From Pseudomonadota bacterium (GTDB lineage: Bacteria > Pseudomonadota > Gammaproteobacteria > Steroidobacterales > Woeseiaceae), in the NCBI GenBank assembly GCA_039821645.1, contig JBCBNU010000008.1, forward strand, positions 1,576 through 65,575: a stretch of DNA of 64,000 nucleotides, read 5' to 3'. Below are positions 7,184 through 16,741 of this stretch, piece after piece (position 1 is the stretch's first letter; each line of letters begins with the position of its first letter). Both the position numbers and the translations under genes were made by a program. The notes beneath the pieces were generated by a model. That model did no database searches. It saw only the letters and a list, made by a program, of their open reading frames with translations, and was not told where the DNA came from.

Positions 7184-8824
7184 ATGGCTGATCGCTCCGG
7201 CTTCATTGCGGGCGGGACATCACTTGCGGAGACGCAGGCGGAATACCTCGAAAAGCTGCTGGCACGAAACGCCCAAACCGTGTTCGGACGCCGACATAGC
7301 TTCAGCGACGTCGTCGCCGGCGGTGCGTATGCGGATGTGCCGTTTATGCGCTACGACGCCGTCGCAGGCTTCGAGGATGGCAGCTATTGGCCGGACGCGT
7401 CGAACTACACCACCGATCGCATCAGTGCGTGGTTCCTGACCAGCGGCTCGTCGAGCACACCAAAACGGATACCGGTGACCAGCAGTCTCGTTCGCGAAAA
7501 AGCGGGTGCATTCTCGTTGTTCTGGGACGCGATCTATGCCGACCACCCGGGACTGCGCACCGGCAAATTCATCGCCAACTTTGGCGACAGCGGACACAGC
7601 GCACGCAACCAGAACAACGTGTTGGAGGTTTCCGAAACCACCTTCTGGAACCAGCGCATGCAAGGTTTCCAGGCAAGCGACCGCTGGCCGATTCCGCGTC
7701 AGATCACGGCGATCGAATCGCCTGAGTGGCGCTACTACGCGGCGGCCCGGTTAGCACTACAAGGTGAGCTGCACGCAATGATGGGGCTAAACCCATCGAC
7801 GCTGCTCAAGTTTTGTGAGGTGCTCACAACCCACGGCGATGCACTTGCTGCAGGACTCAAGCACGGCAATTGGGGCGTAGCAGCGCTGGATGACGCATCG
7901 TTGCCCGAAAAACTCACCAGCCGTTTGGCCACATCTTCCGAAGCGGCAAGCCGACTGATCACCGCGATCAGTAGCACAGGCAAAACGCAGCTGCCCGACA
8001 TCTGGCCAACACTCGAACTGATGATCTGCTGGCAGTCCGCACTGGTCGGCCCGTATCTGAACCTGCTGCGCGAACACTCGGGCGGCGTTGCTTATCGCGA
8101 CTACATCACTCAGTCGAGCGAATGCATCATGGCTATCCCGATGGTCGACAACGATTGCGGCGGACTGCTCGCCTACCAGACGCACTACTACGAGTTCATC
8201 CCTGAGTCCGAAACCGAGGCGACCCACCCTCGCACGCTCGGCGCACACGAGCTGGAGCAGGATGCGCGCTATGAACTGGTCGTCACTACCGGAGGTGGTC
8301 TCTACCGCTATCGCACCGCCGACTGCGTGCAGGTCGTCGGTTTCGACAACGGCATTCCGCATTTGAGTTTCCAATATCGACTCGGGCGCACGTCGAGCAT
8401 CACCGGCGAGAAACTCACCGAGGCGCAGGTGCTCGATGCCCTTCGTACGATGACCGGTCCATCCGCATTCCACCGTCAGGATTTGATTGTGCATCCGCGT
8501 ACCGGGGAACGACCGCACTACGCGTTGTTAAGTGCGGGCAGCAATGTCACCGAAGGCACAACCGATGAGGACCTCAGTGCGCTCGCCAACGCTTTTCACG
8601 ATGCGCTGTGTGCCTCCAACGGTGAATACGCGGATAAGTGCGCATCGCTGCGACTCGGCAAACCGAGTGTGGTCATCGTGACCGACGAAGACATCGCTGC
8701 GCTACACCGAAAACTACGCGCAAGCCACGTCGGCGACGACCAGTACAAGCCCGGCGTCCTGCGACGCGAGCATGATCTTGATGCCAGCATGACCGTCTTG
8801 CGCGAAGCCCATGCAGATACGTAG
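7184..8824 (+). CDS. GH3-family adenylate-forming acyl-acid amido synthetase
   Basis: The motif FLTSGSSSTPKRIPVT matches the GH3 (T/S)SGT(T/S)xxxxKxIP adenylation motif. The 546-aa length and overall layout are typical of bacterial GH3 homologues. Confidence 0.8.
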   Translation: MADRSGFIAGGTSLAETQAEYLEKLLARNAQTVFGRRHSFSDVVAGGAYADVPFMRYDAVAGFEDGSYWPDASNYTTDRISAWFLTSGSSSTPKRIPVTSSLVREKAGAFSLFWDAIYADHPGLRTGKFIANFGDSGHSARNQNNVLEVSETTFWNQRMQGFQASDRWPIPRQITAIESPEWRYYAAARLALQGELHAMMGLNPSTLLKFCEVLTTHGDALAAGLKHGNWGVAALDDASLPEKLTSRLATSSEAASRLITAISSTGKTQLPDIWPTLELMICWQSALVGPYLNLLREHSGGVAYRDYITQSSECIMAIPMVDNDCGGLLAYQTHYYEFIPESETEATHPRTLGAHELEQDARYELVVTTGGGLYRYRTADCVQVVGFDNGIPHLSFQYRLGRTSSITGEKLTEAQVLDALRTMTGPSAFHRQDLIVHPRTGERPHYALLSAGSNVTEGTTDEDLSALANAFHDALCASNGEYADKCASLRLGKPSVVIVTDEDIAALHRKLRASHVGDDQYKPGVLRREHDLDASMTVLREAHADT

Positions 8825-9914
8825 CATCACGCTGAACCGGGCGCGTATCCCGTTTCGCCAAGCGTTCAGCCACGCCGCAGCGAAACGTGCGGAAAGCGAT
8901 GTGATTCATGTGGCGATCACCGATGATTCGGGTCACACCGGTTTCGGCGAGATTCAGGCACGCCCGTATGTCACCGGCGAGGACAACGACGCGGTGTTCG
9001 AGCGCACGGCACCGGCACTCGCAGAGCAACTGCTCAACGTCACACTGACCGATCGTGCGAGCGTCGAGCACTGGCTTGCAACGCGCGCCGATCGCACGTC
9101 ACAACCCGCCTGCGTGGGCGGCTTTGATCTCGCGCTACATGACCTCTTGGATTTGAACGGTCTGCTCGACTGGTCTAATGCACTCGGTCCCGCTCGCACG
9201 CGACCCATCGGCAAGTGCATCACCATTGGCGACGATCAGGACGACAAGGCACTGATCAAACAGGCGCGCTTCGCGCGACTCTCGGGTTGCACAGTGGCCA
9301 AACTGAAAGTCAGCGGGCCAGATGACCTTGAACGTTGCCAAACATTGCGCAAACACCTTGGGGCGGCAATCGCCATCCGCCTCGATGGCAACGGGCAGAT
9401 GACGCTCGATGGCGCGACCGAATTGCTGACTCGGGCAGCAGACCTCGACCTTCAGTCTTTAGAAGAACCGTTTGATGCCAAGGCGACGGACGTGGATGAG
9501 CGCTTGCGCACACTTCATGCTGAGACGGGTGTCGCATTAGTCGCGGATGAGTCCGCCTGCACAGCGGCAGATGTCGAGCGCTGCGCGGAACAATCAACCT
9601 ACCAGATCATCAACGCGCGCGTGGGCAAGTGCGGCGGCATTACCGGCGTGCGCGATGTGGTCGATGCTGCCCGCAAGCACGGGCTTGGGCTCGTGTGTGG
9701 GACGATGGTGGGCGAGAGTGCAGTATTGCTTCGCTACAGCAAAAAATTATTGCATCATTGCGATGCGCTGGATTACGTCGAGGGCATCGACCAAAACAAG
9801 ACGTTGTTGGCAGACGAGGTGATCGTTGCATGCGAGGATGCTGCGTTGAGTCACTTCCACTGGCAGCAGGACAAGCGCGAGCTATTCACGGTGGGGACCA
9901 GGAATTTCGGATAA
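8811..9914 (+). CDS. Enolase-superfamily enzyme, MLE subgroup (OSBS / N-acyl-amino-acid racemase / dipeptide epimerase-like)
   Basis: The KxK motif is in VAKLKVSG. The metal ligands are in IRLDGNG, SLEEP and VADES. The second catalytic Lys is in NARVGKCGG. The start overlaps the GH3 gene by 14 nt. Confidence 0.8.
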   Translation: MQIRSITLNRARIPFRQAFSHAAAKRAESDVIHVAITDDSGHTGFGEIQARPYVTGEDNDAVFERTAPALAEQLLNVTLTDRASVEHWLATRADRTSQPACVGGFDLALHDLLDLNGLLDWSNALGPARTRPIGKCITIGDDQDDKALIKQARFARLSGCTVAKLKVSGPDDLERCQTLRKHLGAAIAIRLDGNGQMTLDGATELLTRAADLDLQSLEEPFDAKATDVDERLRTLHAETGVALVADESACTAADVERCAEQSTYQIINARVGKCGGITGVRDVVDAARKHGLGLVCGTMVGESAVLLRYSKKLLHHCDALDYVEGIDQNKTLLADEVIVACEDAALSHFHWQQDKRELFTVGTRNFG

Positions 9915-9934
9915 TTGAATCAGGAGCACTATCC

Positions 9935-10171
9935 ATGGCTGAGTCCAAACAAGAAAAAATCCAGGCGTTCATCGCGACTCTGAACCCTGCTGCGGCAGAC
10001 GGTCTCGATCCGGACGCCAACCTGCTGCAGGACGAAATCGTTGACAGCGTCGCCATGATGGATGTCATCGTGTGGCTGGAAGAGACTTTCGATATCTCGA
10101 TCGATCCTGATGACCTGACGCCGGAGAATTTCGGCACGGTCAACAGCATCGTCGCCTACCTCGACCGCTAG
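9935..10171 (+). CDS. Acyl/peptidyl carrier protein
   Basis: This is a 78-aa acidic protein with a phosphopantetheine-site-like LLQDEIVDSVAMMDVIVWLEE. The ATG at 9935 has AGGAG 8 nt upstream. The track ORF from 9629 is an out-of-context N-terminal extension. Confidence 0.8.
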   Translation: MAESKQEKIQAFIATLNPAAADGLDPDANLLQDEIVDSVAMMDVIVWLEETFDISIDPDDLTPENFGTVNSIVAYLDR

Positions 10172-10177
10172 AACACC

Positions 10178-11680
10178 ATGCGCCTGGAACAGGCGTTTGC
10201 CCGGATTGCTACCGAACGCGACGAGCACCTCGCGGTGTCCGTCGTGGGTGGTGGTTCGCTCACCTATGGCGAGCTGCATGCGCGCGCGACGCACTACGCC
10301 GCTGCACTGCAGGCATCGGGCATCGTTGAGGGAGACCGTGTCGGCATCGTCTCACGTCACAACGCGGAGGCGATTGCATTGTTCTGGGGGGTCATGACCG
10401 CCGGGGCCATCGTCGTGTGGATGAACGATGATGCCAAAGGCAAAGACCTGCCTGCGGTGTGTGCGAGCGCCGATCCGAAACTGATCGTGGTTCAGGGCGA
10501 GAAGCAGCAGCGGCTGTTCGCCAACAACGATGAGATGTACGAACGCGTGATGGAGCTCGAAGTGTTGGCCGGTATGGCCGTGCTGCCGCCCGAGCCGATT
10601 ACCGGTGACGAAAACGCGCCTGCGGTCATCGTTTACACCTCGGGTAGTAGCGGTCGGCCAAAAGGCGTGTGTCTTTCGCACAAGAACCTCTACACCGTCG
10701 ATCGTTCGGTGATCGAACACATGCCGATCACGCCCGACGACATTTACCTCATGGTGGTGCCGTTGCATTACGTCCACGGCATCATGCAGCTGACCGTGCA
10801 CCTGCTTGCCGGCGCAACGCTGCACTTCCACGATAGCTTCCTGTTTCCGGCACAGGTCGTCGATGCACTCGTCAACTTGCGCTGCACCGGTTTCTCCGGC
10901 GTCCCGTTTCACTTCAATGCGCTGATGACGCGCGGCAGCCTGCTTGATCGGGAGCTGCCGGATCTTCGCTGGGTCACGGTGACGGGGGGCAAACTTCCGG
11001 CCGATGCGATCCTCACCATTTCGGATCGCTTCCCGGAACTCGAATTTCATATCGCCTATGGGCAGACCGAGTGCGCACCGCGTGCCACCGCACTCAAGCC
11101 CGACCGTATTCGGCGCAAACCGGATTCGGTCGGCAGCCCCATCCCGAACGTAAACGTCGAGATCATCGGCAACGACAACACCCCAGTGCCGCAAGGTCAG
11201 AAAGGCGAAGTCGTTGTCTCTGGCGACAACATCATGCTCGGTTATTGGAACGATCCGGAAACCACCGCAGAAGCAATCGACGATCAGGGACGACTGCGCA
11301 CGGGCGACATCGGTTATTTCGATGACGAAGGGGATCTGTTCCTCGTCGGCCGCCGCTCAGCGATGATCAAGTCGGCGGGCGAGCGCATTGTGCCCGAGGA
11401 GATCGAACGTGTTCTGGATGCGCACCCTGCCGTGATGGAGTCTGTGGTCATCGGTGTCGCCGATGACATGTTAGGCCAACGCGTCGTCGCCCACGTTCGC
11501 GTCGAGGCGCAAGCGAGTCTCGACGATGCGCTCGGCGCTGAACTGCGCACCCATTGCCTGCGCACCATTCCCCTGCCGCGTGCACCGCGAGAGTTCCACC
11601 TGTGCCGGGACTTTCCGCGCAAAGCCAACGGCAAGCCGGACCGCGTTGCGCTCGCCAGCCTCGGAGCCGAAAACGCATGA
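10178..11680 (+). CDS. AMP-dependent synthetase/ligase (class I adenylate-forming enzyme)
   Basis: The A3 motif is IVYTSGSSGRPKGV. Also present are YGQTE, TGDIGYFDDEGDLFLVGR and a terminal K (PRKANGKPDR). Confidence 0.9.
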   Translation: MRLEQAFARIATERDEHLAVSVVGGGSLTYGELHARATHYAAALQASGIVEGDRVGIVSRHNAEAIALFWGVMTAGAIVVWMNDDAKGKDLPAVCASADPKLIVVQGEKQQRLFANNDEMYERVMELEVLAGMAVLPPEPITGDENAPAVIVYTSGSSGRPKGVCLSHKNLYTVDRSVIEHMPITPDDIYLMVVPLHYVHGIMQLTVHLLAGATLHFHDSFLFPAQVVDALVNLRCTGFSGVPFHFNALMTRGSLLDRELPDLRWVTVTGGKLPADAILTISDRFPELEFHIAYGQTECAPRATALKPDRIRRKPDSVGSPIPNVNVEIIGNDNTPVPQGQKGEVVVSGDNIMLGYWNDPETTAEAIDDQGRLRTGDIGYFDDEGDLFLVGRRSAMIKSAGERIVPEEIERVLDAHPAVMESVVIGVADDMLGQRVVAHVRVEAQASLDDALGAELRTHCLRTIPLPRAPREFHLCRDFPRKANGKPDRVALASLGAENA

Positions 11681-13038
11681 CCGATCATTCCACCCGTGAT
11701 CTTCGCGAGTTCCTCGAATTCGCTGAGTCCAAGGGCAAGTCCGCGTGGCTACAAATCGACAAACCAATCTCGCCCAAATTTATGACGACCGCGGTGGTCA
11801 CGGGTCTTGCGCGCAAGTTGCGCAGCCCGGTGATTCGCTTCAACGACATTGAAGGCAGCGGCCTGCCGACGGTCACCAATATTTGCGCATCGTTGGATCG
11901 GGTCGCGCGCAGTGCCGGTATGACTGCGAATGATCTGAACGAGCGTCTCGTCGGTGCGATGTCGGCGGGTATTAAACCCGTGGTCCTCGGTCGCAAAGAC
12001 ACACCTGCGCAACAAGTCGTTCGTGACGCCGATGCCTTCAGCCTTCACGAATTGCCAGCGCTCTACTACACCGACACACAGGACGCGCCCTATCTGACAT
12101 CCGCGCTTGTCGTCGGTCGTGATCCCGACACTGGCGCACACAACCTCAGCTTCCACCGACTAATGATCGCCGACGATCACACCTGCGCGATCTACATGAC
12201 ACCCGGCGGACACCTCGATCAGATCTGGCACAAGTACAGTGCCCGTGGCGAACCCACACCGTTAGCAGCGGTCGTTGGCAACCACCCGTTGTGGTGCTAC
12301 GGCGCGTTGATCGCCGGTGCGTTGGAACACGAGGACTACGAGGTCGTCAGTGGATTACTCGACGCACCACTCGCGCTCACGCGTTGCTTATCGCACCCCG
12401 AGCTTCAAGTGCCTGCACTGGCCGAGATGATTTTTGAGGGTGTTATCGAACCTGCTGAGACCCTGCAGGAAGGCCCGTTCGGTGAGTTCTTGGGCTACGT
12501 TGCTGACAAGGCGGCACGACCGGTAGTGCGATTTACCAAGCTGACGCATCGCGAGCAACCGATCTACCAGGACATCGTCGCGGGCCAGACCGAACACGCC
12601 ACGATGTCGAGTGTGAGTCTGCGTGCCCGTTTAAATCGCGACTATATGCAGGACGAACCTGCGATCCGCGATTTCTGGTTGCCTGCGCCGATGACCATCT
12701 TCCTGTCAGTGGAGGAACACGCTGAGGACTTCGACGCTCAAGCGTTCATGGAGCAGTTGCTCACTAAAGAGGCGTATCTCAAACAGGCGATCGCGTTCGA
12801 CGCGGATGTCGATCTGCGCAAGCAAGCGAGTGTGCAGATGGCGCTTGCTTGCTTCACACAACCGGGGCGCGATGTGACGATCTATACCGACCAGAACGGT
12901 AACGGCGTGGATCCGTCAGAAACCGACGGGCGCACGTCCAAGATTGCTATCGACGCACGCTCGCGCATCCATGCGGTGCGTAATCTCTTGCCGGAGAGTG
13001 TCGAGACCGAGTTTGATCTCAACGATTGGATTCGCTGA
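11677..13038 (+). CDS. UbiD-family (prFMN-dependent) decarboxylase
   Basis: The UbiD-like N-terminus is DLREFLEFAESKGKSAWLQIDKPISPKFMTTAV and the length is 453 aa. The ATG at 11677 overlaps the ligase stop (ATGA). The track start at 11554 would add 41 Arg/Pro-rich residues. Confidence 0.8.
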   Translation: MTDHSTRDLREFLEFAESKGKSAWLQIDKPISPKFMTTAVVTGLARKLRSPVIRFNDIEGSGLPTVTNICASLDRVARSAGMTANDLNERLVGAMSAGIKPVVLGRKDTPAQQVVRDADAFSLHELPALYYTDTQDAPYLTSALVVGRDPDTGAHNLSFHRLMIADDHTCAIYMTPGGHLDQIWHKYSARGEPTPLAAVVGNHPLWCYGALIAGALEHEDYEVVSGLLDAPLALTRCLSHPELQVPALAEMIFEGVIEPAETLQEGPFGEFLGYVADKAARPVVRFTKLTHREQPIYQDIVAGQTEHATMSSVSLRARLNRDYMQDEPAIRDFWLPAPMTIFLSVEEHAEDFDAQAFMEQLLTKEAYLKQAIAFDADVDLRKQASVQMALACFTQPGRDVTIYTDQNGNGVDPSETDGRTSKIAIDARSRIHAVRNLLPESVETEFDLNDWIR

Positions 13039-13815
13039 TCAGTTCGCGGTGCGACCGCCGTCGACGTTCAGGGTCTGCCCGGTAATCGAACGACTCTCGT
13101 CCGTCGCCAGATAATTCACCAATGAGGCAACGTCCTCGGGCGTCACAAGGCGGCCTGTTGGTGTGTCGTCGACCAGGTCCTGCTCGTGTTTTTCAATGCT
13201 CACGCCTTTGATCCTGGCGCGCGCACCTTGGGTCTGCGCAAACAACTTGGTCTTCACGTAGCCCGGTTGCACGGCATTCACGGTGATGCCGAGTGCCGCC
13301 ACTTCCAAGGCCAGCGAGCGCACCATGCCGGCGACCCCCGCTTTGGAAGCCGCGTAGATCGCGTTGAAAGGTGCGCCGACCTCGGCAGAAATCGAACCGA
13401 CGTGGATGATGCGCCCGAAGCGTGCACGAATCATCGGGCGCAACGCAGCGCGGGAGATATTGAACGCACCGAGCGTGTTGACGCGCACTACCCGCTCCCA
13501 ATCCGCATCTTTACCGAGCAGCACAGGTGCGATGTAACTCACGCCTGCGCAGTTGACCACCGCGCTCAAGCCACGTTGGTCGGTGGCAACCTGCTTCACC
13601 ACGTCGCGGCATTCATCGCCATCATCGATCAGCAGTTTTACTGGATGGAGCGTGCGCTCGGCGTTGGCGAGCGCTTCACACGCCTGCTCTGCCTGCTCGA
13701 TCGTACGCCCGGAGATCACCACACGGTGGCCCGCATCAGCCAATCGTTCACAGATCGAAGCCCCAATGTCTCCGGTGCCCCCGACGACCAGCACCGCGCC
13801 ATCACTCATCCCCAT
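13039..13815 (-). CDS. Short-chain dehydrogenase/reductase (FabG-like)
   Basis: The cofactor motif is VVGGTGDIGASI, NCAG is present, and the catalytic YAASKAGV motif is present. Confidence 0.9.
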   Translation of the reverse strand: MGMSDGAVLVVGGTGDIGASICERLADAGHRVVISGRTIEQAEQACEALANAERTLHPVKLLIDDGDECRDVVKQVATDQRGLSAVVNCAGVSYIAPVLLGKDADWERVVRVNTLGAFNISRAALRPMIRARFGRIIHVGSISAEVGAPFNAIYAASKAGVAGMVRSLALEVAALGITVNAVQPGYVKTKLFAQTQGARARIKGVSIEKHEQDLVDDTPTGRLVTPEDVASLVNYLATDESRSITGQTLNVDGGRTAN

Positions 13816-15527
13816 GGGCTGATCCTGATGTCGTCGGGGTCATCTTCCCAGCCGTTCGCCTCGTTGATCCATTCACGACGCACTTCAAGCTCACCGTTGT
13901 TGTGGGTGGCAAACAGATTGGTCAGCCAGTTCGCATCGTCGCGCTCGGGATAGTCGCTGCGATAGTGCGCACCACGGCTTTCCTTGCGCATGTCCGCCGC
14001 TCCGATAATCACCTCGGCAACGTCATGCAGATTGCGTTGCTCATAGGCAAGCGCGTAATCGAGCGGTTCGCGAATCGCGAGCTGCTCGTTCAAACGTTGG
14101 CGATCTGCCGCGATGTAGTCGCGTGCCTCGGCAAGCGTCGTTGCATCTTTCTCGACCGTGAGCAGCTTCCACATCGTGTACTGCAACTCACGACGCATCG
14201 TGTCGATATCAACCTGACCCTTCGCTTTTTGGAACGTACGCAGCGCATCAAAATGGGCAAGCGCGTCGTCGTCGGAAATACTGACCTGCGGTCTTGAGCC
14301 GCACTGCTCGCCAGCGAACCGCCCGGCACGCCAACCGAACACTTGTGACCCCCCGAGCATCGTGCCGCCCAGACGATCGGCGCCTTGCCAACCACCGGCC
14401 TCACCGACCGCGTACAAACCCGATACCGTCGACTCGGCGCGCTCATCGATGCGAATGCCACCGTTACTCGAATGGTGATGGATCTGCACCTGAACGAGAT
14501 CGTTCTTGATATCGATGCCGTTGTCGATCATGAAGTTCTCAAACAGCTCGTGCTTAAAGCCCCGCGTTGCGTGTGACAGATCGAGGAACACAGCGTTGTT
14601 CTCGGTGCCCCGCCCTGCCAACACCTCGTTCTTGATCGCGCGATCGATATGCAAAGACGCATCCCGGCAGCTCACAGGCCAGTGCGCCGCCTTGAGGTTG
14701 CAACCTTCGATCATCGAATCCGCATCTGGATAGTAGTCCCGCAGGAACGATTTACCGTGCTTGTTGATCAGGCGATAAGGCTCTTCCATTTCGTAGAGCA
14801 TGACGATCGCCTGTTGCGGCCAGGTGGTCGCCAACCCCTGCTGCATGTACTCCATGTTGAACAGATCGGCGCCTGCACGCGCCGCCATCGCGTAACCGTC
14901 GCCGGTGTTGCCCTGCGGGTTGAAGCTGTAGGTGAACAACTGACCAACGCCGCCGGTCGCGATCACGACCGCACCCGCTTCGACGACAAACGGGTCACCA
15001 TCGTCTGTCACACCCACCGCGCCGATGCAGCGCCCGTTGTCGACCACCAAATCTGTGAAGTTGGCGTGTTCGAGCACTTGCGTGTTCGTGCCTTCGATCA
15101 CTGCTTTTTGCACCGCCACGATCCGGTTGGTCTTCAGATCACTCTTGTGCCCTTCCATCGTCGCAAGCATCTTGCTTTGAAAGCGCATGCCCATCGACTG
15201 CAATCGCTTCACCGCGTCAGACACTTCGTCCACAAAAATCTGGCACAGCGCCGGATCAGCCATGCCCAAACCCGACTGCAGCATATCGGCGTGCACGAGT
15301 TCCGGCGGATTGAAAAAACCACCTTTCGGTCCGACGGTTCGGATCGTCCAGAAATCGCCGATGGGGTTCGAAGTGGCACCGGCGCCGCGCACACCAGGGA
15401 TACCAAATCGCCCTTTGACAGCGAGCATGGTCCGTGCTCCGGCATCGTGTGCCGCGATCGTCGACGCGGTTGCCGCACCGCCACCGCCGATCACCAAAAC
15501 GTCTGTGTTGTAGCGCTGCAATTTCAT
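13806..15527 (-). CDS. FAD-dependent oxidoreductase of the SdhA/FrdA/NadB flavoprotein family
   Basis: The dinucleotide fold is DVLVIGGGGAATASTIAAHDAG. The family signature is ESRGAHYRSDYPERDD. I prefer the ATG at 15527 (MKLQRY), 2 nt downstream of the upstream gene's stop. The track start at 15821 adds 98 non-protein-like residues. Confidence 0.85.
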   Translation of the reverse strand: MKLQRYNTDVLVIGGGGAATASTIAAHDAGARTMLAVKGRFGIPGVRGAGATSNPIGDFWTIRTVGPKGGFFNPPELVHADMLQSGLGMADPALCQIFVDEVSDAVKRLQSMGMRFQSKMLATMEGHKSDLKTNRIVAVQKAVIEGTNTQVLEHANFTDLVVDNGRCIGAVGVTDDGDPFVVEAGAVVIATGGVGQLFTYSFNPQGNTGDGYAMAARAGADLFNMEYMQQGLATTWPQQAIVMLYEMEEPYRLINKHGKSFLRDYYPDADSMIEGCNLKAAHWPVSCRDASLHIDRAIKNEVLAGRGTENNAVFLDLSHATRGFKHELFENFMIDNGIDIKNDLVQVQIHHHSSNGGIRIDERAESTVSGLYAVGEAGGWQGADRLGGTMLGGSQVFGWRAGRFAGEQCGSRPQVSISDDDALAHFDALRTFQKAKGQVDIDTMRRELQYTMWKLLTVEKDATTLAEARDYIAADRQRLNEQLAIREPLDYALAYEQRNLHDVAEVIIGAADMRKESRGAHYRSDYPERDDANWLTNLFATHNNGELEVRREWINEANGWEDDPDDIRISPWG

Positions 15528-15529
15528 AG

Positions 15530-16699
15530 TCACGCTACCGCTGTCACGATGGCTGCGTACTGATCGGGGAAGCTTCCCGAAATCGATTCGATATCCGGCC
15601 AGATTTCGCCTTGCGAGAAGCCCGCCAATTCGAACACCCGCAACCAGTTCTCGGGTGCGAGATAGCAATGCACCGGCCGGTAGTCCTGATTGCGGATCGC
15701 AGCGGTACGGTGATACACCGAGAGGTTCAGTGACAGCTCGCGCGGCGCCATATCGCGCGGCGTCAGTCGAATCCGCTCCGCAAACAGCACACGGCCGCCG
15801 GGCTTCAGAGTCTCTTTGCACGACTTCAGAAACGCGACAATATCTTTTGCTACGTGCGCAGCATTGACCGCGTAGATCAAATCGAAGTCACCCTGCGGCA
15901 CCTTTTGTTCCGACAGTGGATTGTTGAGGTCTGCGAACCGCCAGTCGGTGCTCACGTCCGGGTAGTCGGCGCGGATTTCATGGCGCGTACCCATAATGAA
16001 CTTCGCGCTGATGTCGGTGAAGTGATAGTGCTCGACACGATCGAGTTCGTTCTTGGCAGCAAGATGTTTGAACAGATTGCGAATGCCGTTGCCGGTGCCG
16101 CCGCCGATTTCGAGAATGCGACCTTTCGGCAACAGCATATCGATGGCCTTCGCCCCCATGATACCGTGCACGTTCTGCAATGGGTCGGTGTTAGTCGCGC
16201 GGAACCAGAGCTCCTGAAACTCGGACTCACGACCCGACAGAATCGCGTCGAGAAAATCGGGCTCGTCCTTCAGCGAACGTACCCAATGATCAGCACCGAA
16301 TTGCAGAAACTCGAGGGGTGACACGTATTCATCGCCGAGCGCCGCCATATCCTTTTCGATGCCGGCGATATCGCGCGGTGGTGTCGCTACCGCACCCGTG
16401 TGCTGGAAGCTTGGCGTCCCGTCCGACTCGGTGCGGATGACGAAGTCAAAGCGTGCGCTCAACCGATCCAGCATCGCCTCCAGTGTGATGAACGCAGAAT
16501 CGACATAGCCCAATGACTCGGTCAGAGCTGCCGGCGTCGTCGGCACCGCCAATTCCGTCGTCAGGTTCAATGAGCGGTAAAGGCCGAGCAGATGAAAATC
16601 GAGCGCCTCCTGCAGCAGCGCCGCCCCCTGGATCATTTCCGGAGTGAAGAGATCCTCAACACACCAACGGGTGAAGTCCTGTCTGAGTTGTTCGGTCAC
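15530..16699 (-). CDS. Class I SAM-dependent methyltransferase with an N-terminal helical domain
   Basis: Motif I is ILEIGGGTGNGIRNL and the post-I acidic residue is in HYHFTDIS. About 190 aa precede the Rossmann fold. Confidence 0.85.
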   Translation of the reverse strand: MTEQLRQDFTRWCVEDLFTPEMIQGAALLQEALDFHLLGLYRSLNLTTELAVPTTPAALTESLGYVDSAFITLEAMLDRLSARFDFVIRTESDGTPSFQHTGAVATPPRDIAGIEKDMAALGDEYVSPLEFLQFGADHWVRSLKDEPDFLDAILSGRESEFQELWFRATNTDPLQNVHGIMGAKAIDMLLPKGRILEIGGGTGNGIRNLFKHLAAKNELDRVEHYHFTDISAKFIMGTRHEIRADYPDVSTDWRFADLNNPLSEQKVPQGDFDLIYAVNAAHVAKDIVAFLKSCKETLKPGGRVLFAERIRLTPRDMAPRELSLNLSVYHRTAAIRNQDYRPVHCYLAPENWLRVFELAGFSQGEIWPDIESISGSFPDQYAAIVTAVA

Positions 16700-16741
16700 G
16701 ATTCGATCCTTTTGGTTATTGTTTGGGTTCCCGTGCTGCGA

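Noticed and set aside
10352-11194. 280-aa ORF on the minus strand
   Set aside because: It is antisense to the AMP-ligase gene, which carries all the adenylation motifs. I treat it as a shadow ORF.
11554-11676. Upstream extension of the UbiD ORF. Analogous extensions are 15528-15821 (-), 39499-39819 (+), 30959-31006 (+), 36179-36220 (+) and 56376-56465 (-).
   Set aside because: The extensions overlap the preceding genes and are Arg/Pro-rich. Internal ATG starts with an RBS or ATGA-type stop/start coupling give N-termini that match the respective families.
14649-15563. 304-aa ORF on the plus strand
   Set aside because: It is antisense to the SdhA/NadB-like flavoprotein gene. I treat it as a shadow ORF.
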